64,000 nucleotides of DNA from an uncultured Bacteroidales bacterium (GTDB taxonomy: Bacteria; Bacteroidota; Bacteroidia; Bacteroidales; UBA932). The notes below the pieces were generated by a model, which was given only the letters and a program-made list of their open reading frames with translations, was not told the DNA's origin and did not search any database. The stretch covers positions 3,972 through 67,971 of the forward strand of contig CANBDZ010000001.1 in NCBI GenBank assembly GCA_947367375.1. Reading direction: 5' to 3'. Of the stretch, positions 1-8,294 are shown in pieces. How positions within the stretch are numbered: the stretch's first letter is position 1; every line of letters begins with the position of its first letter. The position numbers and the translations under genes are program-made.

Positions 1-402
1 GTTGAGCCACACCTCTGCGCTGTAGCATATTCCTTCGAAATCGAGGCATATGCGCTGGCCATCCTTCAGGGCAGGAACAGCGAATTCATTGATATACCAC
101 CAAGGCTCCTTGAAGTCGTCACGGTCGATGACCTTGTCGTAATTTGTGCCTATGAAGGCATCTGCATACAGGCCGTGCTCTGTAAGAGTTCCCAGAACTG
201 TCGAAGGAACGGTTGTCTCGTACCAGGCAGCTTCGCCTGCTCCTTTGGTAGAGAGAGCCTCACCGTCAAGCCCGACGATTTCAGAAGACTGGATCTTCCA
301 ACCTTCAGTGATTGTAAAGTCCGTGTCCTGGCTCACAACCGCCTCTGTGCATCCTGCAGCAAGGGCTGCTACGGCCAGGAGATTGATAAAGTTGAATTTC
401 AT
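1..402 (-). CDS. GH2 glycoside hydrolase, N-terminal part (exo-beta-D-glucosaminidase/beta-mannosidase-like), lipoprotein; continues beyond the left edge
   Basis: Not in the ORF track. Manual translation from ATG at 402: MKFNFINLLAVAALAAGC TEAVV...WKIQSS...WYETTVPSTVLGTL...PWWYINEF...LDFEGICYSAEVWLN. This has a lipobox and GH2 N-terminal sugar-binding domain motifs. Confidence 0.8.
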   Translation of the reverse strand, partial: MKFNFINLLAVAALAAGCTEAVVSQDTDFTITEGWKIQSSEIVGLDGEALSTKGAGEAAWYETTVPSTVLGTLTEHGLYADAFIGTNYDKVIDRDDFKEPWWYINEFAVPALKDGQRICLDFEGICYSAEVWLN

Positions 403-509
403 AAGATTATAGTGTTATTTATTAGTATCTATCACTGCGAAGAATTCTCCTCTCTTGAGAAGTCTGTAAAGGTTGCCGTACCTGTACTGCTGCTGGTAGA
501 CGGTTGTCT

Positions 510-1436
510 TTACTTGATGTCGAACGGTTCATATGACATCCAATCGACTTCCACCTCGTAAGGGTAGAGCGGTTTTTCGATTGAGTCAGGGTTGGTCTCG
601 ACCGGCCAGTTGTTGGTGTGCCAGAAGTTGAGCCTGTAATAGGTACGGTTGTCTGGAATACCTGAGAAGTCCGGAGTCGAGCCCTGATAGTCCCACAGGA
701 CGATCTTTTCGCCTGTTTCAGGATGGAGTATCCACCACACAAGTCGGTCTGGATACCAGTCGAAACCATAGGTGTAGAACCTTTCAGCTGCGTTGAAGCC
801 CTTGATTGCAGGGACAGTCTCCGGCTGGTTCTGCAGGCCTGTGAGGTCGTGGTTGATGTTGCCGTCCTTGCCGGAGCGGTAGATGGTGCTGTAGATCTTG
901 CCCTCTGCAAGGTTTATGGTTCTGCCGATTCTCTGAAGATTGCCACGAGGACCTGTCCAGGTGCCGATGTAAACGATTTCAGGGTCTGCGATGAGCCATT
1001 CCCAGTCGATTTCGCTCAGGCTCTTGCCTTTTTCCATATTGTAGGTGAAATAACCTACGACAGCTCCTACATTCGGCTGTACCTTTGTCACATCAGGAAT
1101 CCTGATTCTGGCAGAATAGGTGCCGTAGGAAGTGTAATGCTTGGATATGATCTCAGGGCCGCGGCCGGCTCCTGCAGGATCGTCCGGGTCTATCCTGTAC
1201 AGCATAACATCTGTGCCTTTCTCAGAGAGTGACGTGTTGGCAGGGAAGTAACGGAAGTCAGTGGCTTCCTCTCTTCTGTCCCTTCTCTGGATGAAGTACT
1301 TGGACTCTACCTTGTCAAAGTCCTCTGTGAAGGCCTTGTGATACTTTGCTTTCTCATTGGCAGGATTCTCCTGCGCGCAAAGACTGCCGGCAGCCAGGAC
1401 AGCTGCCGCAGCAATGCTTATCAGTCTTATGTTCAT
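510..1436 (-). CDS. GH16-family glycoside hydrolase, paralogue 1 (secreted)
   Basis: Signal peptide; YGTYSARIR, SEIDWEW (ExDxE catalytic motif), FYTYGFDWYPDRL, EVDWMSY. Confidence 0.8.
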   Translation of the reverse strand: MNIRLISIAAAAVLAAGSLCAQENPANEKAKYHKAFTEDFDKVESKYFIQRRDRREEATDFRYFPANTSLSEKGTDVMLYRIDPDDPAGAGRGPEIISKHYTSYGTYSARIRIPDVTKVQPNVGAVVGYFTYNMEKGKSLSEIDWEWLIADPEIVYIGTWTGPRGNLQRIGRTINLAEGKIYSTIYRSGKDGNINHDLTGLQNQPETVPAIKGFNAAERFYTYGFDWYPDRLVWWILHPETGEKIVLWDYQGSTPDFSGIPDNRTYYRLNFWHTNNWPVETNPDSIEKPLYPYEVEVDWMSYEPFDIK

Positions 1437-1458
1437 AGTCTGTGGTTTAAGATGGCTG

Positions 1459-2436
1459 TTACTTCTGAAGGTGAGGATTCAGCTCATCGAAAGGCTTGTA
1501 GGCCATCCAGTCGATTTCGAGTTCGTATGGATATAAAGGAGCCTCCACCGAATTAGGGTTGGTCTCTACAGGCCAGTTGTTGGTGTGCCAGAAGTTGAGC
1601 CTGTACTTGGACTGTACCATAGGGATACCGGTCTTGGCAGGCTGGTCAGGGAACACGACCTTTCCTTCATAGTCCCACAGAATGATCTTCTCATTGGTGT
1701 CAGGATGGATGATCCACCAGGTGATCCTGTCAGGATACCAGTCCCATCCATATACATAGAATCTCTCTGAAGCGTCATAATCCTCGATAGGGGTAATCTT
1801 CTTAGGCATATTCTGCTTACCCTTGAACTCACCTCTGACTGTGACTTCGCGGGTCCTGTCCTCCTTTGTGGTTTCAGCCCTGTAGGAAGTTTCGTAGATG
1901 ATGCCCTCCCTGAGGTTGATGGTTCTGCCTACCCTGTTGTGGGCAGGACGGACTCCAGTCCAAGTACCTACATATATGATTGCAGGGTCAGCGATGAGCC
2001 ATTCCATATCGATTTCGCTCTGACCGTACTGAGGGTCGATGTTGTAGGTGAAATATCCTACAACCGCTCCTACGTTAGGCTGTACTCCCTGCACCTTAGG
2101 TACTCGGATTCTGGCCGAGTAGGTGCCGTAGAAGGTGTAGTCCTTTGTGATGATCTCCGGTCCTTTACCTGCGCCTGCAGGGTCGTTCGGGTCGATGCGG
2201 TACATCATAACGTCTGTACCGGCTTCCGAGAGTGACGAGTGTCCGGAATAATAGCGGTAATCATAGGCGTTGCGCCTGTAGTTATAGTTGAAGAAATCAG
2301 ATGTCTCTTCGGTGAAGTTTTCGATGAAAGACCCGTGAAATGCAGCCTCCCTGGCTCTCCCACGCTGTGGAGGCTGGGCATTCACGACTCCTGCTGCCAT
2401 CAGCAGAAATATACTAACCAATATGTGCTTTCTCAT
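1459..2436 (-). CDS. GH16-family glycoside hydrolase, paralogue 2 (secreted)
   Basis: Start taken at MRKHIL (ATG 2436); signal peptide; SEIDMEW motif; YGWDWYPDRI. Confidence 0.8.
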   Translation of the reverse strand: MRKHILVSIFLLMAAGVVNAQPPQRGRAREAAFHGSFIENFTEETSDFFNYNYRRNAYDYRYYSGHSSLSEAGTDVMMYRIDPNDPAGAGKGPEIITKDYTFYGTYSARIRVPKVQGVQPNVGAVVGYFTYNIDPQYGQSEIDMEWLIADPAIIYVGTWTGVRPAHNRVGRTINLREGIIYETSYRAETTKEDRTREVTVRGEFKGKQNMPKKITPIEDYDASERFYVYGWDWYPDRITWWIIHPDTNEKIILWDYEGKVVFPDQPAKTGIPMVQSKYRLNFWHTNNWPVETNPNSVEAPLYPYELEIDWMAYKPFDELNPHLQK

Positions 2437-2456
2437 AATTATGCGGTGTTGTCGGG

Positions 2457-3461
2457 TTATTTTGAAGCATTCTCTTTCCATTCGTTGATCAGGTCATCGA
2501 ATGGCTCATATGCCATCCAGTCGATTTCCATCTCGAACGGGTATTTAGGGGCTTCCTTGGCTGAAGCCATTCCCTGGGCAAGTCTTGAGGTGCTGTGCCA
2601 GAAGCTTGTGGTGTAGTGCGCAGGGAGTACGGGTATGCCTGTAGGAGCATATGTGCCTGCGAAAAGTTCCTTTCCGATGTACTCCCAAAGAACTATCCTG
2701 TCGGTGTTCTCATCCTTTCTTATCCACCAGGTGATCTTATCTGGAGTCCAGTCGAATCCGTAGATGTAGAACTTCTTAGAGGCGTCAAAATCACTTATGG
2801 CTGTAATTGTGGCAGGGGAGTTTTCGCCTGAGCTTTCGATGATTGTACCCTTGGCAAGGTTGATAGTCCTGCTTATCCTGTTCTGATCCTTTCCTGTGCC
2901 GGTTATAGCACTCAGGTAGACTATGGTAGGGTCAGCCACACGCAGTTCGAAATCGATCTCGCTGTGTCCGTATTTATCATCGACGTCGTAGACATACACT
3001 CCTGCTGCAGCACCCAGATTCTTCTGAGCCTTCTTTATGTCAGGGACTCTCATACGTGCAGAGTAGGAACCGTAGAAGGTGTAGTCCTTGGTAAGTACCT
3101 GCGGACCTTTTCCCCATCCTTCGCCATCTTCCGGGTCTATGCGCATCATCATTACCTTTGTGTTGGCTGCGGAAAGTGATGGATGTCCAGAATAGTAGCG
3201 GAAATCCTCTCCTCCATTGGATTTCGGTGAGAATCTCAGGAAAGAAGCACTTTCGCTGAAGTCTTCCCGGAATTCTCCGTAGAGGATGACATCCTTGAAT
3301 GGGATTTCAAGCACATCTTCTTCATCCTGTTCTCCGCTGTCCGGTTTTTCTTGTTCAGGAGGAAGAGGCGGAGGAGGTGGAGCGGGGGCAGGGGTAGGAT
3401 ACTCCTTGCCGCAGGATGCTGCGGCAAGGGCAATGAGCAATAAAGCTATTCTACTTTTCAT
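2457..3461 (-). CDS. GH16-family glycoside hydrolase, paralogue 3 (lipoprotein with Pro-rich linker)
   Basis: Lipobox AAASC, poly-Pro/acidic linker, SEIDFEL motif, YGFDWTPDKI. Confidence 0.8.
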   Translation of the reverse strand: MKSRIALLLIALAAASCGKEYPTPAPAPPPPPLPPEQEKPDSGEQDEEDVLEIPFKDVILYGEFREDFSESASFLRFSPKSNGGEDFRYYSGHPSLSAANTKVMMMRIDPEDGEGWGKGPQVLTKDYTFYGSYSARMRVPDIKKAQKNLGAAAGVYVYDVDDKYGHSEIDFELRVADPTIVYLSAITGTGKDQNRISRTINLAKGTIIESSGENSPATITAISDFDASKKFYIYGFDWTPDKITWWIRKDENTDRIVLWEYIGKELFAGTYAPTGIPVLPAHYTTSFWHSTSRLAQGMASAKEAPKYPFEMEIDWMAYEPFDDLINEWKENASK

Positions 3462-3479
3462 AGTCGTAATATTCGGGTA

Positions 3480-4430
3480 TTACTGCCAGTTGTTCTCGGT
3501 TATCCAAGTCTGGCTTTCCTCTACGAATGGCTCGTATTTCATCCAATCGATTTCGAGGGCATATGGATAGGCCGGTGCCTCGATTGACTTAGGATTTGTG
3601 TCCACAGGCCAGTTGTTTGTGTGCCAGTAGTTGAGGAGATATGTTGTAGGCGACTTTGGAATACCGTCAAAGCCCTCCACTCCGTTCAGGGCTGAGCTCT
3701 CAGGCTGATAGTCCCAGAGGATGATCTTTTCATTTGTAGTAGGGTGAACGAGCCACCAGGTGAGGCGGTCAGGATGCCAGTCAAAGCCATAGGTGTAGAA
3801 ACGCTTCGATGCGTCATAGTCCGGGATGGCTGTGATGGTCTCAGGCTGGTTTCCGATGCCTGTGATGTTGTGGTTTCTGTTGCCGTCTGCGTCAGAACGG
3901 TAGATTGTGTAGAGGATCTTTCCTTTTGCAAGATCGATGGTTCTTCCGACTCTCTGATTTGCATTAGGGCCTGTCCAGGTTCCTACATAAATGAGGGTAG
4001 GGTCGGCGATGAGCCATTCGAAGTCGATCTCGCTCAGACCGAAGGTCTTGTCCATACGATATGTGAAATAGCCGACTACAGCTCCGATGTTAGGCTGTAC
4101 CTTCTTGACATCAGGTACTCTGATACGTGCTGTGTATGTTCCGAAGTGGGTAAGTTTCTTTGTTCCGATTTCAGGACCACGTCCTGCACCGGCCTTTGTG
4201 GTCGGATCAATTCTCATTACCATTACATCAGAGCCTTTCTCAGAGAGTGACGGCACATTAGGGTAGTAGCGGTAGTTGTAGGTGCCGTGGCAATTGAAGA
4301 ACTCCGGACGGTCGCTGTTGAAGTTCTCGATGAAAGTGTCCATAAATCTGTCTGTGTCAACAGATTGGGCGCTTGCAGTACCTGCCGCCATCAGCAGAGC
4401 CGCGCAAAGGGTGAATATTACTTTTCTCAT
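3480..4430 (-). CDS. GH16-family glycoside hydrolase, paralogue 4 (secreted)
   Basis: Start taken at MRKVIF (ATG 4430); signal peptide; SEIDFEW motif; YGFDWHPDRL. Confidence 0.8.
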   Translation of the reverse strand: MRKVIFTLCAALLMAAGTASAQSVDTDRFMDTFIENFNSDRPEFFNCHGTYNYRYYPNVPSLSEKGSDVMVMRIDPTTKAGAGRGPEIGTKKLTHFGTYTARIRVPDVKKVQPNIGAVVGYFTYRMDKTFGLSEIDFEWLIADPTLIYVGTWTGPNANQRVGRTIDLAKGKILYTIYRSDADGNRNHNITGIGNQPETITAIPDYDASKRFYTYGFDWHPDRLTWWLVHPTTNEKIILWDYQPESSALNGVEGFDGIPKSPTTYLLNYWHTNNWPVDTNPKSIEAPAYPYALEIDWMKYEPFVEESQTWITENNWQ

Positions 4431-4463
4431 AATTATGTGGTTTAGTTGGAAGAGGCGGGACAA

Positions 4464-4487
4464 TCCCTCATCCCGCCCCTTAGTTTT
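4464..4487 (-). other. Intergenic GC-rich stem-loop inside the PUL
   Basis: GGCGGGA-N10-TCCCGCC between the PKD gene and GH16 paralogue 4; no U-tract on the minus strand. Confidence 0.5.
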
Positions 4488-4493
4488 TTAGAA

Positions 4494-5756
4494 TTAGAGG
4501 ACGATCTTAGCGCTTACCTCATCGATGAAGTAGTCTACGCCTGCACCCCAGTAGTTACCCCATACTGAACGGAGCTGGAAGCCGAAGTATGCTGTACCTG
4601 TGAATGTAGCAGTCCATACTACCTTACCGTCTTCAGTGATCTCAGTTGTTGAAGCTGCACCGTAACCGCATCCCTCTGGGAGACCTGCGCCGAGGAGGTT
4701 GCCATCCCAAGCTGGGAGTGGTGAACCTACTGCCCAGTAGTTGAAGAGCTCGAGGATAGTAGATCCTGAACCGTCTTCTCCAAGAACTTCAGCATCCTGG
4801 CCGATGCACCACCACATAAGACCGTTGTCAACAGTGTTCTCACCCCACTTAACCTGAGCTGAGATCTCGATTCTGTCACCTTCTACAACCTCGATTGCCT
4901 GGTATACAGTAGACTTGAATGAGTACTGCATAAACTGGCTCTCACCACCGAGTCTGAGGCAACCGCCCTGGCCACCTGCAGGAACTGTAGCTGTGTGACC
5001 GAACTCGTGTACGAACTGAGGATCAGTAGTCTCACCTGACCAGTCCTCTGCCATCATAAAGTACTCCTTAACTGTCCAGAAAGCAGCGTCGTCAGCCTCC
5101 ATTGAACCACCCTTGAGGAGCTCGTTGTAGCCGATAACCTCTACAGTTGTCTCGAATACGTCAGTGTCGCCAGCTGCGCCGGTAACTGTAGCCTTTACAG
5201 TGTAAGTCTTGTCGAACTCAGGGAACTCGTGGTTTACAGTGAACTCAGTAGAAGCCTCGCTGCCGTCACCGAAGTCCCAAACGATAGAAGCTGCGTTCTC
5301 AGAAGCAGTTGCGTCGAAAGTGAAGATCTTACCGAACTTACCTGCGCGGTCAGTCTGAGCTGTAGCTGAGAAGTAAGCCTTCACAGCACCTGCAACAGTC
5401 ACGTCCTTCTCTACGCTCTTTGCATTACCATCAGCATCCTGAACTGTAAGCTTTACAGTGTAAGTTCCGGCTGCGTCATAAGTGTGCTCAGGAGAAGCCT
5501 CTGTTGAAGTGTTCTCGTCACCGAAGTTCCAGAGATAAGCCTCTGCACCCTCAGATGCGTTTGTGAACTTCACTGTAAGAGCTTCTGCTGTGAATGTGAA
5601 GTCAGCCTTGAGTGCCGGCTTCTCCGGACCTGGCTTCTCAGTGTCCGGACCTGGAGGCGTTGGGCCTGGAGGGGTTGGTGTAGCAGGGTCCTCACAAGCT
5701 GCAAACATAGCAGCTGCCATTGCGAATGCCGCAAAAAGTTTGAAAATCTTTTTCAT
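4494..5756 (-). CDS. PKD-domain surface lipoprotein, probable surface glycan-binding protein
   Basis: Lipobox FAAC, Pro-rich linker, two PKD repeats (YLWNFGD..PEHTY..GTYTVKL; IVWDFGDG), aromatic-rich C-terminal beta domain. Confidence 0.75.
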   Translation of the reverse strand: MKKIFKLFAAFAMAAAMFAACEDPATPTPPGPTPPGPDTEKPGPEKPALKADFTFTAEALTVKFTNASEGAEAYLWNFGDENTSTEASPEHTYDAAGTYTVKLTVQDADGNAKSVEKDVTVAGAVKAYFSATAQTDRAGKFGKIFTFDATASENAASIVWDFGDGSEASTEFTVNHEFPEFDKTYTVKATVTGAAGDTDVFETTVEVIGYNELLKGGSMEADDAAFWTVKEYFMMAEDWSGETTDPQFVHEFGHTATVPAGGQGGCLRLGGESQFMQYSFKSTVYQAIEVVEGDRIEISAQVKWGENTVDNGLMWWCIGQDAEVLGEDGSGSTILELFNYWAVGSPLPAWDGNLLGAGLPEGCGYGAASTTEITEDGKVVWTATFTGTAYFGFQLRSVWGNYWGAGVDYFIDEVSAKIVL

Positions 5757-5786
5757 TGTACTTAAAAATTAGGTTTGTGTTGGTTA

Positions 5787-6452
5787 TTAAATAGTTGGTA
5801 TTGGAAATAATGTTCTTACTCCGCCCTCAGGGAGGTTCTTGGCAAGCGCCTCATCCCATTCTGAGCTGTTGAGGTCGAGTACGATCACCACGCTGGTGTT
5901 GCTTTCTGCAAGTTCGTACTCTGTAGGGTTTGCAATCTCAAGTCCGAGGACAAGAAGCTGGTACTTTCCGTCTGTAAGGATGGAAGAAGCCTGTCCCGCG
6001 AGGGTCTTGAGGTCTACAGTCACATAGCAGGTACCTGTGTTTTCACCCTCCTTTACGCTGATCTTGCCAGGGATGGTGCAGAGGTTTACCGGGAGCTCTG
6101 CTGCAGGAACATCCTTCGAGTCGTACTCGGCGATCTTTCTTGCAGTCTCGCTGTCGCAAACCTTCAGGTCCACGCTGAACGCCTTTTCCTTGGCAAGAGC
6201 ACCTGCGCGCACAACTCCAAGGGCTATGTTGAGCTTTCCGTCTTCGAAATTGCAGACATATGTCTTGTTCTGATCCAGAGGTCCGTTAGGGATAGGATAG
6301 CTGTTATCCATTCCGGTCACAGTGGCCTGAGGAATGTATATCTTAGGAAAGCCATAATCCTTGTTTGCGTCACTTGGCTCACAGCCGGCAAGGATTGAAA
6401 CCATAGCGGCCAAAGCAAGGAACAAAAGATTTTTTCTTGAAAAGATTGTCAT
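5787..6452 (-). CDS. SusE-positioned lipoprotein, DUF1735-like
   Basis: Lipobox LAGC, YGFPKIYIPQA; directly downstream of SusD. Confidence 0.55.
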   Translation of the reverse strand: MTIFSRKNLLFLALAAMVSILAGCEPSDANKDYGFPKIYIPQATVTGMDNSYPIPNGPLDQNKTYVCNFEDGKLNIALGVVRAGALAKEKAFSVDLKVCDSETARKIAEYDSKDVPAAELPVNLCTIPGKISVKEGENTGTCYVTVDLKTLAGQASSILTDGKYQLLVLGLEIANPTEYELAESNTSVVIVLDLNSSEWDEALAKNLPEGGVRTLFPIPTI

Positions 6453-6469
6453 ATTCTTTACCTTTAATT

Positions 6470-8275
6470 TTAGTTATATTCAGGATTCTGGGTGATCGCT
6501 CCGTTGGAGTTGGTTACCTCCTTGCGGGTGAACGGCAGATAGTAGTTGCGTTTGTGGAACACTCTGTTCTCAACGTTTGTGAATGAGTACTGGTAACCTC
6601 CGAGGTTGTTGCGGCGTACAACTGCACCCTTGATAGGCTTGTTCAGCACGTCTTCAGCATCAAGCCAACGGAGAAGGTCCCAGTAGCGGTGATCCTCAAA
6701 TGCGAGTTCCACGCGGCGCTCGTGCTTCACAGCCTTTCTGAAGTCAGCCTTGCCTGCTGCAGTCACTGCAGGAAGAGCAGTACTTGCGCTGTTGCGGACC
6801 TCAGTGAGGGCCTGGCGGGCTGTCATTCCGTATCCCTTAGGGTCTGCATCCGGACCGTAAGCCTCGTTCATTGCCTCTGCATAGTTCAGAAGCACTTCTG
6901 CATAACGGAACACCGGCCAGAGGTGGTCTGTGCTTCCGCCTTCCACGAGGTTCAGGTTAGGAGCAAGGAACTTTCTGAGATAGTAGCCTGTCTTGCTGGC
7001 TCCGTTTGTCTTCTGGTCGAACTGTCCGCCTGGAGACTGGTCGAAGTCAGTGACGCCGTTCCATTCGCATCCGTTGTAGACGATGGTTGCAGCCATACGA
7101 GGGTCGCGGTTGACATAAGGATTGGCAGTCTGTGCTCCGATATATTCATAAGAATCCACGAGGTTGTGGCTCGGAGTGATGCCGCTGTTTCCTCCGCGTG
7201 TTCCTATCGGATAGTTGAGGCGCTCAGGTGTGCTGCTGTTTGCCTTGCGGATAAGGAAGATGGACTCGAGGTCACTTGTGGAGTTGTTCTTGATGAAGTA
7301 GTCTCCATACTTCCTGTTCACAGGCATAGTGTAAGGCTGAGGCACTCTGCCGCCCTCACCGAAGCCGAATCCTTTCTCGAAGATGGCCTTGCGGGTCTGG
7401 ATGAGTTCGTTAGCCGCTTCAGCTGCTCTTTCCCACTTTGCAGGATCATTCTCCGGGTTGTTACGTGGGCTGGCTGCGTAGAGAAGGACGCGGGCCTTGA
7501 TGGCCAGGGCGCTGGTCTTGTCGAAGCGTCCGGTGTTGTCTCTGAAGTTCCAGTTTGCAACATCTGCGATCTTGTTCTCCGGAGTCTCGTCGAGCATCAC
7601 GCGCCAGTCGAGGCAGACCTTGTCCTTGTTCTCGTCGATAAGTCTTACTATGTGCTCTACAACATCTTCGTAGGTAGCCTGCTGATAAAGGCCGTTGCCT
7701 CCTTCAGCCTCCTGTATGATAGGAACTCCTCCATACATCTTGATGAGTTCGGCATAGTAGTAAGCCTCTGCGATTCTTGCTTCAGCTCTCTGCCAGTTGA
7801 GGTTGATCACATCTCTCTTGTAGGCTCTTGGATTACTTGTGTTGTAGATCGATCCGTCAGGGTTGTACATTGTGGTCGTGTCCCTGTTCAGAGCGAGGAA
7901 CTCTTCTCCGTCCTTTGCATAGTCGATGAAGAAATGAGCGGCTCTGATACCTTCATAGTAGTTCTTGTAGAGGTACGCCAGAGGATTTACATCTGGGGAG
8001 ATGAGTCCTCTGTTGAAGTATGATACGTCCGACACTGGTGCTGTCTGCACGGCTTCGTCAGAAGCTGCTGCGAACAGGTTACCGTCGATAGTCTCGAAAC
8101 CGTACTGCATCGGAGCATAGTATGCGTTTGCAAAGTTAGTCAGGGTCGCAGATCTGGTCTCAAGCCTGTCTATCGTGTCAAACACATCCATTCTTGTATC
8201 CAAAAAGTCTTCACATCCGCAGAAAGCCAAAGCTGCTGCAGAGATGAGAATGATATTTTTGATGTTTCTTTTCAT
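6470..8275 (-). CDS. susD: SusD/RagB family outer-membrane lipoprotein (pair 2)
   Basis: Lipobox FCGCEDFLD; KARVLLYAASP, RDPR, FRYAEVLLNYAEA, ERRVELAFEDHRYWDLLRW, QNPEY. Confidence 0.92.
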   Translation of the reverse strand: MKRNIKNIILISAAALAFCGCEDFLDTRMDVFDTIDRLETRSATLTNFANAYYAPMQYGFETIDGNLFAAASDEAVQTAPVSDVSYFNRGLISPDVNPLAYLYKNYYEGIRAAHFFIDYAKDGEEFLALNRDTTTMYNPDGSIYNTSNPRAYKRDVINLNWQRAEARIAEAYYYAELIKMYGGVPIIQEAEGGNGLYQQATYEDVVEHIVRLIDENKDKVCLDWRVMLDETPENKIADVANWNFRDNTGRFDKTSALAIKARVLLYAASPRNNPENDPAKWERAAEAANELIQTRKAIFEKGFGFGEGGRVPQPYTMPVNRKYGDYFIKNNSTSDLESIFLIRKANSSTPERLNYPIGTRGGNSGITPSHNLVDSYEYIGAQTANPYVNRDPRMAATIVYNGCEWNGVTDFDQSPGGQFDQKTNGASKTGYYLRKFLAPNLNLVEGGSTDHLWPVFRYAEVLLNYAEAMNEAYGPDADPKGYGMTARQALTEVRNSASTALPAVTAAGKADFRKAVKHERRVELAFEDHRYWDLLRWLDAEDVLNKPIKGAVVRRNNLGGYQYSFTNVENRVFHKRNYYLPFTRKEVTNSNGAITQNPEYN

Positions 8276-8294
8276 TATGTTGGCATTTTACCGG

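Noticed and set aside
146..910. Short ORFs 146-412, 175-561 and 422-910
   Set aside because: These are alternative frames of the GH2 and GH16 genes.
6689..8023. 444-aa plus-strand ORF
   Set aside because: Antisense shadow of susD with no recognisable motif; such shadows are common here because of codon bias.
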